32,000 nucleotides of DNA from Mycobacterium leprae TN (GTDB lineage Bacteria; Actinomycetota; Actinomycetes; Mycobacteriales; Mycobacteriaceae): NCBI RefSeq assembly GCF_000195855.1, contig NC_002677.1, positions 120,001 to 152,000 on the forward strand, given 5' to 3'. Under the pieces are notes generated by a model. It had not been told where the DNA came from, made no database searches, and saw nothing but the letters and a program-made list of their open reading frames with translations. Shown here one piece after another: positions 23,157 to 32,000 of this stretch (position 1 is its first letter; the number at the start of each line of letters is the position of its first letter). Made by a program: the position numbers and the translations under genes.

Positions 23157-23477
23157 GAGGGTCGATCGTAAGCGACGCCGCTATGTCCGGTGAGGACGCG
23201 GGGCGATGCAGACCTTAGCTGGACTGACCTAGCTGTGCGGCCCGGGTGGCCTTTCCGGCGCTGTCGAGCTTCGGAGATAGCCGCGGGCCGGCCGGACATC
23301 GCCATCAAAAATGCTGCGTCCGGGACCGGTGATCTTTGGGCCGCGTCCGTGTATTCAATCGAAGTTGCCGCGCGTGCTCTGGTCAGACACCGGGGTAAAG
23401 TGCACTTAAGATTTTCTCTGGTTTTTTTTACCAATAAGTTTCCAACTGCTAGATCGGACCGATGCCCTAGTTGAGCA

Positions 23478-23735
23478 TTACCTGGTGGGGAGACTCGTAG
23501 ACTGATACGCGCGCCCATCGGCATTCGCTGCTGTCAATGTCGTGGTCATGGATAATGCCCCTCCCACCCGAGGCTTGAATACTGTCTTGGCGATTGGGAC
23601 GGCCAGCAGGTTGTGCTCACGCGGCTTGAAATCGCCGAACTGCTCGATGAAGACAGCGAATGCGCGATAGCTCGGAGTGTTGGCGACAACCTGGTGCTGG
23701 ACGGTGGGAATTCGCGGTTGTGTCGCGAGTTGTCT
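23478..23735 (-). pseudogene. Remnant of an SRPBCC/Aha1-like small protein gene (no start codon, bounded by stops)
   Basis: The open minus-strand frame 23735->23478 reads RQLATQPRIPTVQHQVVANTPSYRAFAVFIEQFGDFKPREHNLLAVPIAKTVFKPRVGGALSM.... It resembles the N-terminal pattern (..aFxxFTexFGxWWPxxH......EPRxGG..) of SRPBCC proteins, which are commonly encoded just downstream of ArsR regulators. This is a from-memory pattern match only. Confidence 0.35.
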
Positions 23736-23812
23736 CTATTGGATCTGGTCTTGGCTAACGGTGGACGCTCTAAACGTAGGTGTCCAAAGGAAATCAATTC
23801 GTGATGCCCGAC

Positions 23813-24001
23813 CTATCCGGTGGATTTGAGCATTTTGCGGTGCTGCGTATAGGCCAGCCTGCTGACTTGCAGGTCGTGGGCTAATTCACTGACAGCCAAT
23901 GGGCCGTGCACAAGGCGCTCGTCATGTACCGGCGGCCAAGGGCTAGCCAAGTCCTGGTATCTCGGTAGGTGGTTAGGGATAGGCGTACGGATAGGGGTTG
24001 C
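23813..24001 (-). pseudogene. Remnant of an ArsR/SmtB-family winged-HTH regulator gene, truncated by a TAG inside the DNA-binding domain
   Basis: The minus-strand frame between the stop at 24002-24004 and the TAG at 23813-23815 reads ...YQDLASPWPPVHDERLVHGPLAVSELAHDLQVSRLAYTQHRKMLKSTG-stop. Compare the ArsR core ..LADPtRrxILxxLxxGplsVsELAxxLxvSrpAvSQHLKvLkxAGLV. There is no start codon and the wing is missing. Confidence 0.55.
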
Positions 24002-24114
24002 TCAATGACTGATTAGGGAGGAATCCGGCAGAGAGCGGAGGCAACTGAATGTCTCGTGGCGGATGTCGAGCACGCATTTTGCGCCTCGTTTCCGGAGTGA
24101 TCCCGGATGACGCT

Positions 24115-27100
24115 CTAATGGCGGAGTGGTGCAGGGTTCCACAGACCGCTGCGAGTGGTTGTGCCTAGCGACAAACGAGCGGGCTGGGCGTTAGGGTAGT
24201 AGGGCGTCAAGCGCTGCAATGCACCCCAGTCGCGTGACCAGTCGTCTTTGAGGTAGCTGGCTACTGTGGTCGCCTTTAACAGCAACTCAGTGACGCCCAG
24301 CGGCCCACCGCCGTTATTATCCATAACCGGTGAGTTGGCTTCGGCGCCGAATCGGTCAGGAAGAATACGCCACTTCGGCGTTTCGTCGACCCCATATTGA
24401 TGGTCGAACGGCCGTTGGCAGGGGAATGCCAGACCCACCAGCCAGTCCAGGAATACTGGGTCCTGGTAGCCGACCACATCCTGCAGGGTGCGCAACTGCG
24501 GAATCCGTGGTGGCGTAAGTGCAATCCAATGCTGTGGCGCCAAATCTTCGTCGTCGGCGACTAAGCGGATCTGGGTCGCCATACTCGGGATCGCCGACAG
24601 GGGAAGCCGTAGGTTACGCCAGGCCGGCGATGCCCCGACATCAGAGAATTGGAATGCCCCACCGGGCTGTCCGCTTGCTGCTCCGCTATCGGTGGCCCAT
24701 TGCAGTTTGACTTCGTGGTGATCGAAGCGCCCTGCTGCACTCACGACCAGCAACGGACCGGCCTTGTCCCGTGCTGGTAGTCGGTACCAGCCAGACCGCA
24801 GTCTGGCGACCACTTGAATGCCGGACTGCCAGCTGCCCAACACCGGTGTGCGAGCCGGATCCAAGTTGTAGGGCAGCTGGGCGCGGGAGCCGTTGATTCC
24901 TGGTGTGGCATTGGTGCCACCCTCGTTGCCGGCTTCGCCGCCGGTGGTCATCCCGTTTTCTTTGACGAAACTGCGGTCGCCCGGGGGTTCCATAACTGGG
25001 TCGGCTGACACGTCGGCTGGAATTCCGTTGGCTGTGAAGGCTTCCGCTAAGCTCGACCCTAGTGCGTCGGCTACCGGGGTGGACACCGGGAGCAACATGC
25101 CGGCGTTGGGATCCTGCTCGACCAAAACTTCTTCGGCCAGTCCACAGGTTTGTCCGGTTAACGCCTGCAGGTTGGACTTTCCCACCGTCCATGCCGGGTA
25201 CTGGCCGATCATCGCCATGGTTAGTGATGCTACCTCGAATATGACCAGTGACCAGGTCGCAATTGCTATTGGGGACTGAACGATTCTGTCTATTCGTACT
25301 CCGAATCTGGTTTTGGCAGAACCGTTGGTGGTAGCAACGAAGTGAAACCATGCTGCCAACAGCAGCACTATCACCGTGAGCTCGAGTAGGGCGGTGGTTA
25401 GAGACCATCGCAGCTTTGGGAACGAATTTGACCATGGCACACCGAAATTGGAGACGTACCACCAGCCGTTGACGCTTGCGAAAGACAACGCCACCACGAA
25501 CAGCACCACAGCGGCGAACACGGTACGGTTGCGTCGGGACCGTAGTGCCGCACTGGCTACTGCGACCGCAGCTAGTGCCCCTAGTGAGCCGGCCAGCCCG
25601 GCGAACACTCCGAAGTGGTGTGTCCATTTGGTTGGGGTGAACATCATCGCCAGAAACGAGGTGACGGTGATGCCGATGATGCGTCGACTGGGCCCGGCTG
25701 CAAGGCCCGGAATTCGACCCTTGCGCAACGACATTGCCACCGCCACCGATAGTGCTACGAGCAACGCCAGCACGGCGAAGCGGCGGGCGACCGAACCGTC
25801 GGGGCTGGCCATGAACAGTCGTTCGTAACGGATGTGCTCGTCAAACCACTTCAGGCTGGGCCCGACGGCGCGCTTGAGCAAGCTGGCCTGGCTCTCGCCG
25901 GCGAACGTCTGGTCTCGGAAGATCAGAATCGCGGTGACCGTGGACGCAGCCAGGATGGGCGCCACCAACGGCACCGCTCCAAACTGCTTGGAGCGGCGTT
26001 GCAGGATGGTCAACAATGGCCCGACGGCGACCAGCAGTGCGCCAATTGAGGCGATACCCGTTGGCCCGGAGAATAGGGTCAGTGCACCGACAATGCAGGC
26101 GACCGCCACCGGCAGCAACCGGCTGGTGGCCACCGCGCGCTCCACCGAACACCAGGTCAACAGAATTCCCAGGGCGATGATTGGCTCCGGTCGCAGGCCG
26201 TTGTCCAGTGGCAACCACACCGCGAGGAACATGCCCGCCGCAGTCCACGCCGCGGCGCGGCTGGCCTTGGCGGCGTGCCCCAGTCGGGGAATGACTTCCC
26301 GACTGATTAGCCACCAGCATGTCAGTGCCATAGCCAGGGTCGGCACCCGCATCCAGGCGCTGGTGGTAGTCACGTGCGCCCACAGTGCCAGAAGGTCGTA
26401 GTACCAGCCGAACGGTGCCTCGGGTGTGCCGAACCACCGGTAATAATTGGCCATGTAGCCGGCATGCTCGGATACTCGGGCCATCGTCAAGATGTAGCCA
26501 TCGTCGGATGTGTTGGCGCCAACGAAATGCCACCATGCTAGTATGGTGATGACCAGGCCATCTAAACAGCCGATGGACCACCATCGGGACGGTAGTAACC
26601 GCCGGTGCTGAGTGCCATCAGCGGTGTCAAGGAGATGAAGGGCGACTAAAGCAACTATAGTAAGCACCACTCCGAGGATCATCGCGATCGTCTTCAAAAG
26701 TGTGGGGCTGCTGCTGTAGCGAGTGTCGATGGTCGCGGAGAAGTTTAGGCCTGTCGGAATCGGTCCGGACAGATCGGTGAACACCCCGACGATCTGTGGG
26801 CGGAAGTCATAGCCGCTGCGTTCGCCGCGCAATGGCACACCGGGATGCTCGGCATTGGGCCCGTACGTCAACCCGACGAACTCGGCAGTGATCTTGTCGA
26901 AGTACGCGGCGAACGTCAAGCGTTGGCAGGCTGGGCTGAGCACCTGGCTCATCGGGGCACTGACCACCGGAACGTTGCGGACCACGAGCACCAGGTCGTC
27001 GTTGGCGCGCTGTATGAGTAGCCCCCGATCGACGGCCTTCGGGGCCTGTTTGGGCACAGTCGACAACAGCACGGTCTGGCCTGCGCTCTGCGGCCCAGTC

Positions 27101-27327
27101 AGCCCGGCCGCGGCTGCACACGGCACGGTGACGTTCAGTCCGGTGGCTACATACCCGATCAGCGGTGCCTCGACGCTCTCGAACGTGCTGTTCTGCGGCC
27201 AGTTCAATTGGGCGGTGTTCTGGTTGACCGGTAGGAACGGGGTTGCCATCGCTAGCAAGGCCCCGAGCAGGCCGGCGATCACGGCAAGGAGGCGAGCGAT
27301 CCAGTAGTTTGCTCCCGCGCCGCTCAC
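24115..27327 (-). CDS. embC: Arabinosyltransferase EmbC (GT-C, lipoarabinomannan synthesis, 1070 aa)
   Basis: GTG start at 27327, with an in-frame TAA three codons upstream that fixes the maximum N-terminus. The sequence reads ...GANYWIARLLAVIAGLLGALLAMATPFLPVNQNTAQLNWPQNSTFESVEAPLIGYV and carries the NTSDDGYILTMARVSEHAGYMANYYRWFG motif. The C-terminus is ...TTRSGLWNPAPLRH. Confidence 0.97.
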   Translation of the reverse strand: MSGAGANYWIARLLAVIAGLLGALLAMATPFLPVNQNTAQLNWPQNSTFESVEAPLIGYVATGLNVTVPCAAAAGLTGPQSAGQTVLLSTVPKQAPKAVDRGLLIQRANDDLVLVVRNVPVVSAPMSQVLSPACQRLTFAAYFDKITAEFVGLTYGPNAEHPGVPLRGERSGYDFRPQIVGVFTDLSGPIPTGLNFSATIDTRYSSSPTLLKTIAMILGVVLTIVALVALHLLDTADGTQHRRLLPSRWWSIGCLDGLVITILAWWHFVGANTSDDGYILTMARVSEHAGYMANYYRWFGTPEAPFGWYYDLLALWAHVTTTSAWMRVPTLAMALTCWWLISREVIPRLGHAAKASRAAAWTAAGMFLAVWLPLDNGLRPEPIIALGILLTWCSVERAVATSRLLPVAVACIVGALTLFSGPTGIASIGALLVAVGPLLTILQRRSKQFGAVPLVAPILAASTVTAILIFRDQTFAGESQASLLKRAVGPSLKWFDEHIRYERLFMASPDGSVARRFAVLALLVALSVAVAMSLRKGRIPGLAAGPSRRIIGITVTSFLAMMFTPTKWTHHFGVFAGLAGSLGALAAVAVASAALRSRRNRTVFAAVVLFVVALSFASVNGWWYVSNFGVPWSNSFPKLRWSLTTALLELTVIVLLLAAWFHFVATTNGSAKTRFGVRIDRIVQSPIAIATWSLVIFEVASLTMAMIGQYPAWTVGKSNLQALTGQTCGLAEEVLVEQDPNAGMLLPVSTPVADALGSSLAEAFTANGIPADVSADPVMEPPGDRSFVKENGMTTGGEAGNEGGTNATPGINGSRAQLPYNLDPARTPVLGSWQSGIQVVARLRSGWYRLPARDKAGPLLVVSAAGRFDHHEVKLQWATDSGAASGQPGGAFQFSDVGASPAWRNLRLPLSAIPSMATQIRLVADDEDLAPQHWIALTPPRIPQLRTLQDVVGYQDPVFLDWLVGLAFPCQRPFDHQYGVDETPKWRILPDRFGAEANSPVMDNNGGGPLGVTELLLKATTVASYLKDDWSRDWGALQRLTPYYPNAQPARLSLGTTTRSGLWNPAPLRH

Positions 27328-27354
27328 GGAGGTTTATGCTAGCTCTGTGCCAAT

Positions 27355-27382
27355 CCCCACCCCGCTGCGGAGCGAGGTGGGG
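27355..27382 (-). terminator. GC-rich stem-loop in the aftA-embC spacer (possible tail-less terminator or attenuator, or 5'-UTR structure of embC)
   Basis: On the minus-strand transcript, CCCCACCUCGC-UCCGCA-GCGGGGUGGGG forms an 11-bp stem including one G.U pair, with a 6-nt loop. On the plus strand the arms are 27355-27365 and 27372-27382. It lies 78 nt after the aftA stop and 28 nt before the embC GTG. There is no U-tract. Confidence 0.35.
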
Positions 27383-27459
27383 TTACTACTTGATTTGTGG
27401 GGGAGAACAAGGCGATTGGGCTAGTTGTTGGATCGCGTCAGACGCGGTGTCTATAGCCA

Positions 27460-29358
27460 TCAGGCGTTACCCATCGGCTTGCGGATGGCTAGCACAAACG
27501 GGCCGATGTCTTGTACAGCGAAACGCTGGTCCGCGAAGAGTGCCGCCGGCAGGTCGACGGTATAGCGGCGTACGTTGGGCTGGTTGGGGTACACGTTCTT
27601 GGCTAATCGCAAGGTGTAGGTGTTACCTGCGCCGTGGCGCATGACGAATACCGTCGGCGGCGGCCAGGGCAGCGTGTCCAGTGCATGGATAAGCTCGCTG
27701 GCCGTCGTCAGCCTGGACCATTGCTGAATTTGTGCTGCTCGCAGGTCGAATTGCGCCAGCGGGTTGGCGTAGTGCGATGTCAATCCCTGAAAGCCCCAGT
27801 AAGGATAGTAAGCCAGAAAGCTGTAGTCGGCGGTAAGCACGACAGTCTGATCGCGTGGTTTACCGGTGATGTGCAGGACGGCCTCGTCGATGGCCCAGTA
27901 GTATTTTTCGGAGCCCGGTGGCCGCCGATCTCCGCGCTGGCCGTGGCCGTCGGTGTCGGTGTAAGCAATGGTGAGATCCGGGCGCAGCACGTTGGGGATG
28001 TCTTGGCTGAACGCGATTGCCCCTGCCAGTCCGATGGCGCTGGCGACCGAGAGTACGGCGCGGTTGTGCTTGGCTAACGATTGAGCAGTTTCGATGAACC
28101 CGAACACGCCGGCGGTCACTAGGAGCACGGTCAGTGTTGGTTGTAGTCGGAACGACAGCAGCGTGGTGCGCGCCAATGTGGTCAGAATCGACAGCAGTGA
28201 CCACAGGTAGACGGCCAGCACGCTGATCATTAGTGCACTAGCCCGCACCGACGAGCTCGTGCGTACTATCAGCCACAGGGTACCCAGCATGCAGATCATC
28301 CCAAGCAGAGAGAACTGCAGCATCGGGAAGGCGAGTTCGGCGCCGTCGGCTGGCAGGTAGTGCTGGGCGCTGCCGGTGTCGCTGACCGGGTCATGGGCTG
28401 CCCGGGCCAAGAACGGCAGCCAGGTGATGGCCCCGATGGCCGCCGCAATGACGACGATGCCGGCCAGCCGGCGCAGCGGGTCGAAGGTCGCCCGGAAACC
28501 TGCACGGCGGCAGAGCGCCGTGGCCAGCAGCAGGGTCATCAGCACCACCGTGAAAGCGGTGTAGGCCAGCAGCAGCGTATACCAGGTGGCGGCGAAGCCG
28601 AGGAAAATGCCGGCGCCGACTACCGTGGCCCACCCTCGTTTATTACCAAGCGTACGGTCAGCCTCACGCTCCGCGGCACGCAAACCCGACCACGTCAGAA
28701 CCAGAGCGGGCGGCAGCAGCACCGTGATCATTGCGGCGTAGGGTTCCGGCGAGCTGTAGACCAGTGTTACTGCCGCGGTGGCGATGGTGACTAGCAGGGC
28801 GTATTCGAAGCGGATCATCTGCCACCACAGCACCAGCGTGATGGCGACCGCGATAGTGATGGACGTGATTGCCCACGGCTTGAATATTTCCCAGGCTGGG
28901 GTTCCTGTCAGCGCTGCGACGCGGCCGCCGATCCAGAACCAGCCCGGCGGGTAGAAAGGCGGCAGCCCTAGATATGTCATGTCTTGCAGGGCAGCGCTGT
29001 CGGTGAGCCTGGTCAGATATTCGGTGCGGAACTGTTGGTCGACGGAGATGCCGAATAGATATAGCTTGGTGGCTCCTAGCGGCATGCCTAGCGTCACGAC
29101 GGTGAAGGCAGACACGAACACCAGCCCACCGAGTTGCGCGAGGCGCCGGAATCGCCCTGCCTGCCACACCCCGCCAACGGCCAGCAGCCCGGTCAGGCAA
29201 CCAACCTGGCCGACGGTAGTTAGTGCATGCAGCTGGTTGGATGATGGAAAAGCTGGCCAATGTACCCGGGCAATGGCAATCAGCGACACTGCAGCCACTC
29301 CGCTCGCCACCACGGCGGCCAACACAATCTGGCCGAAGCTGGCCAGTGCATTGCGCAT
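27460..29358 (-). CDS. aftA: Arabinofuranosyltransferase AftA (GT-C, 632 aa from this start)
   Basis: The sequence ...[30 protein letters not shown]...[26 protein letters not shown]... is collinear with M. tuberculosis AftA (Rv3792). I prefer ATG 29358 ([12 protein letters not shown]...), 2 nt after the dprE2 stop. The track start at 29442 adds 28 non-conserved residues overlapping dprE2 out of frame. Confidence 0.9.
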   Translation of the reverse strand: MRNALASFGQIVLAAVVASGVAAVSLIAIARVHWPAFPSSNQLHALTTVGQVGCLTGLLAVGGVWQAGRFRRLAQLGGLVFVSAFTVVTLGMPLGATKLYLFGISVDQQFRTEYLTRLTDSAALQDMTYLGLPPFYPPGWFWIGGRVAALTGTPAWEIFKPWAITSITIAVAITLVLWWQMIRFEYALLVTIATAAVTLVYSSPEPYAAMITVLLPPALVLTWSGLRAAEREADRTLGNKRGWATVVGAGIFLGFAATWYTLLLAYTAFTVVLMTLLLATALCRRAGFRATFDPLRRLAGIVVIAAAIGAITWLPFLARAAHDPVSDTGSAQHYLPADGAELAFPMLQFSLLGMICMLGTLWLIVRTSSSVRASALMISVLAVYLWSLLSILTTLARTTLLSFRLQPTLTVLLVTAGVFGFIETAQSLAKHNRAVLSVASAIGLAGAIAFSQDIPNVLRPDLTIAYTDTDGHGQRGDRRPPGSEKYYWAIDEAVLHITGKPRDQTVVLTADYSFLAYYPYWGFQGLTSHYANPLAQFDLRAAQIQQWSRLTTASELIHALDTLPWPPPTVFVMRHGAGNTYTLRLAKNVYPNQPNVRRYTVDLPAALFADQRFAVQDIGPFVLAIRKPMGNA

Positions 29359-29360
29359 GG

Positions 29361-30125
29361 TCAGATTGGTAGTTTGCGGAAGATGCTTCGCGGGATGTGT
29401 CGTAACACCATCATCACATAACGGAATGTTGCTGGTGCCCAAACCAATTCCTTACCTTTAGCGGCTGCGGTAACCGCGAGGTCGGCTACGTACTCCTTGT
29501 TGACAGTCAGCGGTGCTTCTTTGACATGCGCGCTCATTCGGGTGCGCACCTGGCCTGGACGGATAACCAGAACGTGAACTCCGTACTCGTGTAAAGCCTC
29601 TGACAATCCTAGGTAGAACCCGTCCAGGCCAGCCTTGGTGGAACCGTAGACGAAGTTGGACCGTCGCACCCGCTCTCCGGCGGCTGAACTCATGACAATA
29701 ATCTGGCCGAACCCCTGCGCGCGCATCTTCTCGCCGAGCAGCACTCCCACAGAAACTGCTGCGGTGTAGTTGATTTCAGCGATCTGCACAGCCTTGCTTT
29801 GGTTCTGCCACAGCTCTTCTGCGTCGCCGAGTAAACCGAACGCGACAATGGCCACATCGACGTCACCGCCGGTAAATGCCTGCTCGATCATTCTCGGATG
29901 ACTGTCGGTGTCTAGCGCCTCGAAGTCGATCAGCTCCACTGACCTCGCGCCCACGGCCGTCATCTGTGCTACCGCGTCTTCACGGTTCGGATCGTCGGGC
30001 ATGGCGGCTAGCACGATCCGCGCAGGGGCGTTGCGCAGGTAGCGCTTGCAGATGGCCAGTCCTATTTCGGAGGTCCCCCCGAGCAGCAGCACTGTCTGCG
30101 GATGTCCTACGGCGTCGAGCACCAT
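29361..30125 (-). CDS. dprE2: Decaprenylphosphoryl-2-keto-ribose reductase DprE2 (SDR, 254 aa)
   Basis: ATG at 30125 gives [25 protein letters not shown]..., with a Rossmann GGTSEIG and a YGSTK catalytic motif. It ends ...[13 protein letters not shown], matching M. tuberculosis Rv3791 in length and sequence pattern. The track start at 30206 overlaps dprE1. Confidence 0.95.
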   Translation of the reverse strand: MVLDAVGHPQTVLLLGGTSEIGLAICKRYLRNAPARIVLAAMPDDPNREDAVAQMTAVGARSVELIDFEALDTDSHPRMIEQAFTGGDVDVAIVAFGLLGDAEELWQNQSKAVQIAEINYTAAVSVGVLLGEKMRAQGFGQIIVMSSAAGERVRRSNFVYGSTKAGLDGFYLGLSEALHEYGVHVLVIRPGQVRTRMSAHVKEAPLTVNKEYVADLAVTAAAKGKELVWAPATFRYVMMVLRHIPRSIFRKLPI

Positions 30126-30127
30126 AT

Positions 30128-31510
30128 TTAGAGCAACTCCAAACGTCGGGCCATGTCGGAGGAGAAAACCCGCAAGGGGTCGACCTTGCGGCGCACAGCG
30201 ATCCACTCGTCGATGCGCGGGTACATGGCGTGAAAGGTGTCAGCGGTGGTACGGGAGTCCTTGGCGGTGTAGAGTCGCCCTCCGAGTTCCATGACCCGGC
30301 GGTCCAGCTTGTTGACAAATTCGTTGAGTCCGGATTTGATCGGGAAGTCCACGCAGATATTCCAGCCTGGGATCGGGAAACTCAGCGGTGCCTGGTTTCC
30401 GGGGCCGAACAGCTTAAACACGTTCAGAAATGAATAGTGACCGCTGCCTTGCATGTCACCGATGATCCTCTTGACCTTGTCGACCGCTTCGGTGGGTATC
30501 ACGAACTGGTATTGTAGGAATCCTGCTGCGCCGTAGGCGCGGTTCCATTCGCCGAACATGTCCAACGGGTGGTAAAATTGTGTCAGGTTCTGGATCTTGC
30601 CTCGGTAGGTGCCAGACTTGCGGTACCAGAGTTCACCGATCGGCATGAAGGTATATTTGTTGGCCAACCCGTTCGGAAAAACATCGGGCAAGGTAAGTAA
30701 TTGTGGTGCATGAAATTTCAGTGGATTGCGCCGCAGCTTTGCGGGCAACTGGTCCAGCCTGGCTAAGCAGCCGCGTGATACCGCCGCACGGCCCAGTTTC
30801 GGGGAAGCGCTGATGGCGTCGAACCAAGCGCTGGAGTAGGTGTAGTCAGCCTCGCTGCCGTCGCTATGCAATGCGATGGTTTCGTCGAGGCTACCGGTGA
30901 TGTCGCCGTCAGCGATGAAATAGGCTGTCTCGGTCGGCATCATTTCGATGGTAGCGCGCATGATGATGCCGGTTAGGCCGTTCCCACCGACGGTGGCCCA
31001 GAACAGTTCGGAATCCTTGCCTGTTGGCGTGAGTCGCCGCACTTCGCCACTGGCGGTCAGCAAGTCCATGCTGCGCACATAGTTGCCGAAGCTGCCCGCG
31101 CTGTGATGGTTTTTGCCGTGGATGTCGCACGCGATCGCACCGCCGATGGTTACCTGTCGGGTTCCCGGCAACACCGGTATCCACAGGCCGAATGGCAGGG
31201 CCGCTTTCATCAGCTTGTTCAGGTTGACGCCGGCGTCGACGTCGGCCAACTTGGTGTCGGTGTTTATGCAGTGGATGGTGTTCAGCGGGGTCATGTCGAT
31301 CACTAACCCACCACCGTTTTGCGCATTGTCGCCGTAGGACCGGCCTAGCCCGCGGGCTATCACCCCCCGGCCGTCGGCATCGGCGACCCGGGCCACTACC
31401 TTGGATATCAGCTCGGCATCAGGGGTGCTGAGCACGTTTGCCACCGACGGTGCAGTACGCCCCCATCCGGTCAGCCGGGTTGCGGTGGTGGAAACTCCCA
31501 TGTTCAACAT
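30128..31510 (-). CDS. dprE1: Decaprenylphosphoryl-beta-D-ribose 2'-oxidase DprE1 (FAD-dependent, 460 aa from ATG 31510)
   Basis: [27 protein letters not shown]...[15 protein letters not shown]... aligns residue for residue with the M. tuberculosis DprE1 N-terminus (MLSVGATTTATRL...). The longest ORF starts at TTG 31516. The [11 protein letters not shown] motif with the benzothiazinone-target Cys is present. Confidence 0.95.
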   Translation of the reverse strand: MLNMGVSTTATRLTGWGRTAPSVANVLSTPDAELISKVVARVADADGRGVIARGLGRSYGDNAQNGGGLVIDMTPLNTIHCINTDTKLADVDAGVNLNKLMKAALPFGLWIPVLPGTRQVTIGGAIACDIHGKNHHSAGSFGNYVRSMDLLTASGEVRRLTPTGKDSELFWATVGGNGLTGIIMRATIEMMPTETAYFIADGDITGSLDETIALHSDGSEADYTYSSAWFDAISASPKLGRAAVSRGCLARLDQLPAKLRRNPLKFHAPQLLTLPDVFPNGLANKYTFMPIGELWYRKSGTYRGKIQNLTQFYHPLDMFGEWNRAYGAAGFLQYQFVIPTEAVDKVKRIIGDMQGSGHYSFLNVFKLFGPGNQAPLSFPIPGWNICVDFPIKSGLNEFVNKLDRRVMELGGRLYTAKDSRTTADTFHAMYPRIDEWIAVRRKVDPLRVFSSDMARRLELL

Positions 31511-31577
31511 CGTCAAAGAGAGTACCGCTTGGTTCTGCGACGATGCGGGATTTTTCTTCCCGGTAGTCCGGGCTAGT

Positions 31578-32000
<423 letters not shown>

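Noticed and set aside
24686-25627. A 313-aa ORF on the minus strand, inside embC in a different frame.
   Set aside because: It lies entirely within the strongly conserved embC frame. Its translation is Arg/Gly/Ser/Pro-rich low-complexity sequence typical of off-frame reading of GC-rich genes, with no recognisable motifs.
29359-29442. Longest-ORF start of aftA ([21 protein letters not shown]...). The dprE2 extension 30126-30206 and the fbpD extension 2175-2309 are analogous.
   Set aside because: The extensions overlap the upstream gene or terminator out of frame and show no similarity to orthologue N-termini. Internal starts give orthologue-length proteins with tight 2-nt gene junctions or a good SD.

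Overview
This window is the conserved mycobacterial cell-envelope biosynthesis locus. Gene order is collinear with, but inverted relative to, M. tuberculosis Rv3805c..Rv3789. On the + strand: aftB (3' part), fbpA (Ag85A), fbpD/mpt51, the Rv3802c-type cutinase-like esterase, fadD32, pks13 and accD4. On the - strand: embB, embA, embC, aftA, dprE2, dprE1 and a GtrA-family protein (Rv3789-like). Protein sequences are close to, but distinct from, my recollection of the M. tuberculosis orthologues. Moderate GC, two gene-less stretches full of frameshifted gene remnants, and protein lengths (EmbB 1083 aa, EmbA 1111 aa, EmbC 1070 aa, Pks13 1784 aa) point to Mycobacterium leprae or a very close relative. 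No search was possible, so this is an inference. The non-standard content is as follows. (1) A 3.15 kb coding desert between accD4 and embB holds decayed remnants of an acyl-CoA dehydrogenase and an FMN-dependent alpha-hydroxy-acid dehydrogenase. (2) A ~960 bp embC-embA spacer holds decayed ArsR-type and SRPBCC-type remnants. (3) There are two perfect two-copy tandem duplications: 18 bp upstream of fbpA, and 21 bp in frame at the 5' end of pks13. (4) Two strong stem-loops are present. (5) Drug-relevant residues are readable in EmbB (QMQM in the ethambutol-resistance region) and DprE1 (target Cys retained). I found no CRISPR array, tRNA/rRNA, intact mobile element or convincing novel multi-gene system. 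The many long antisense or off-frame ORFs in the track look like high-GC artefacts.
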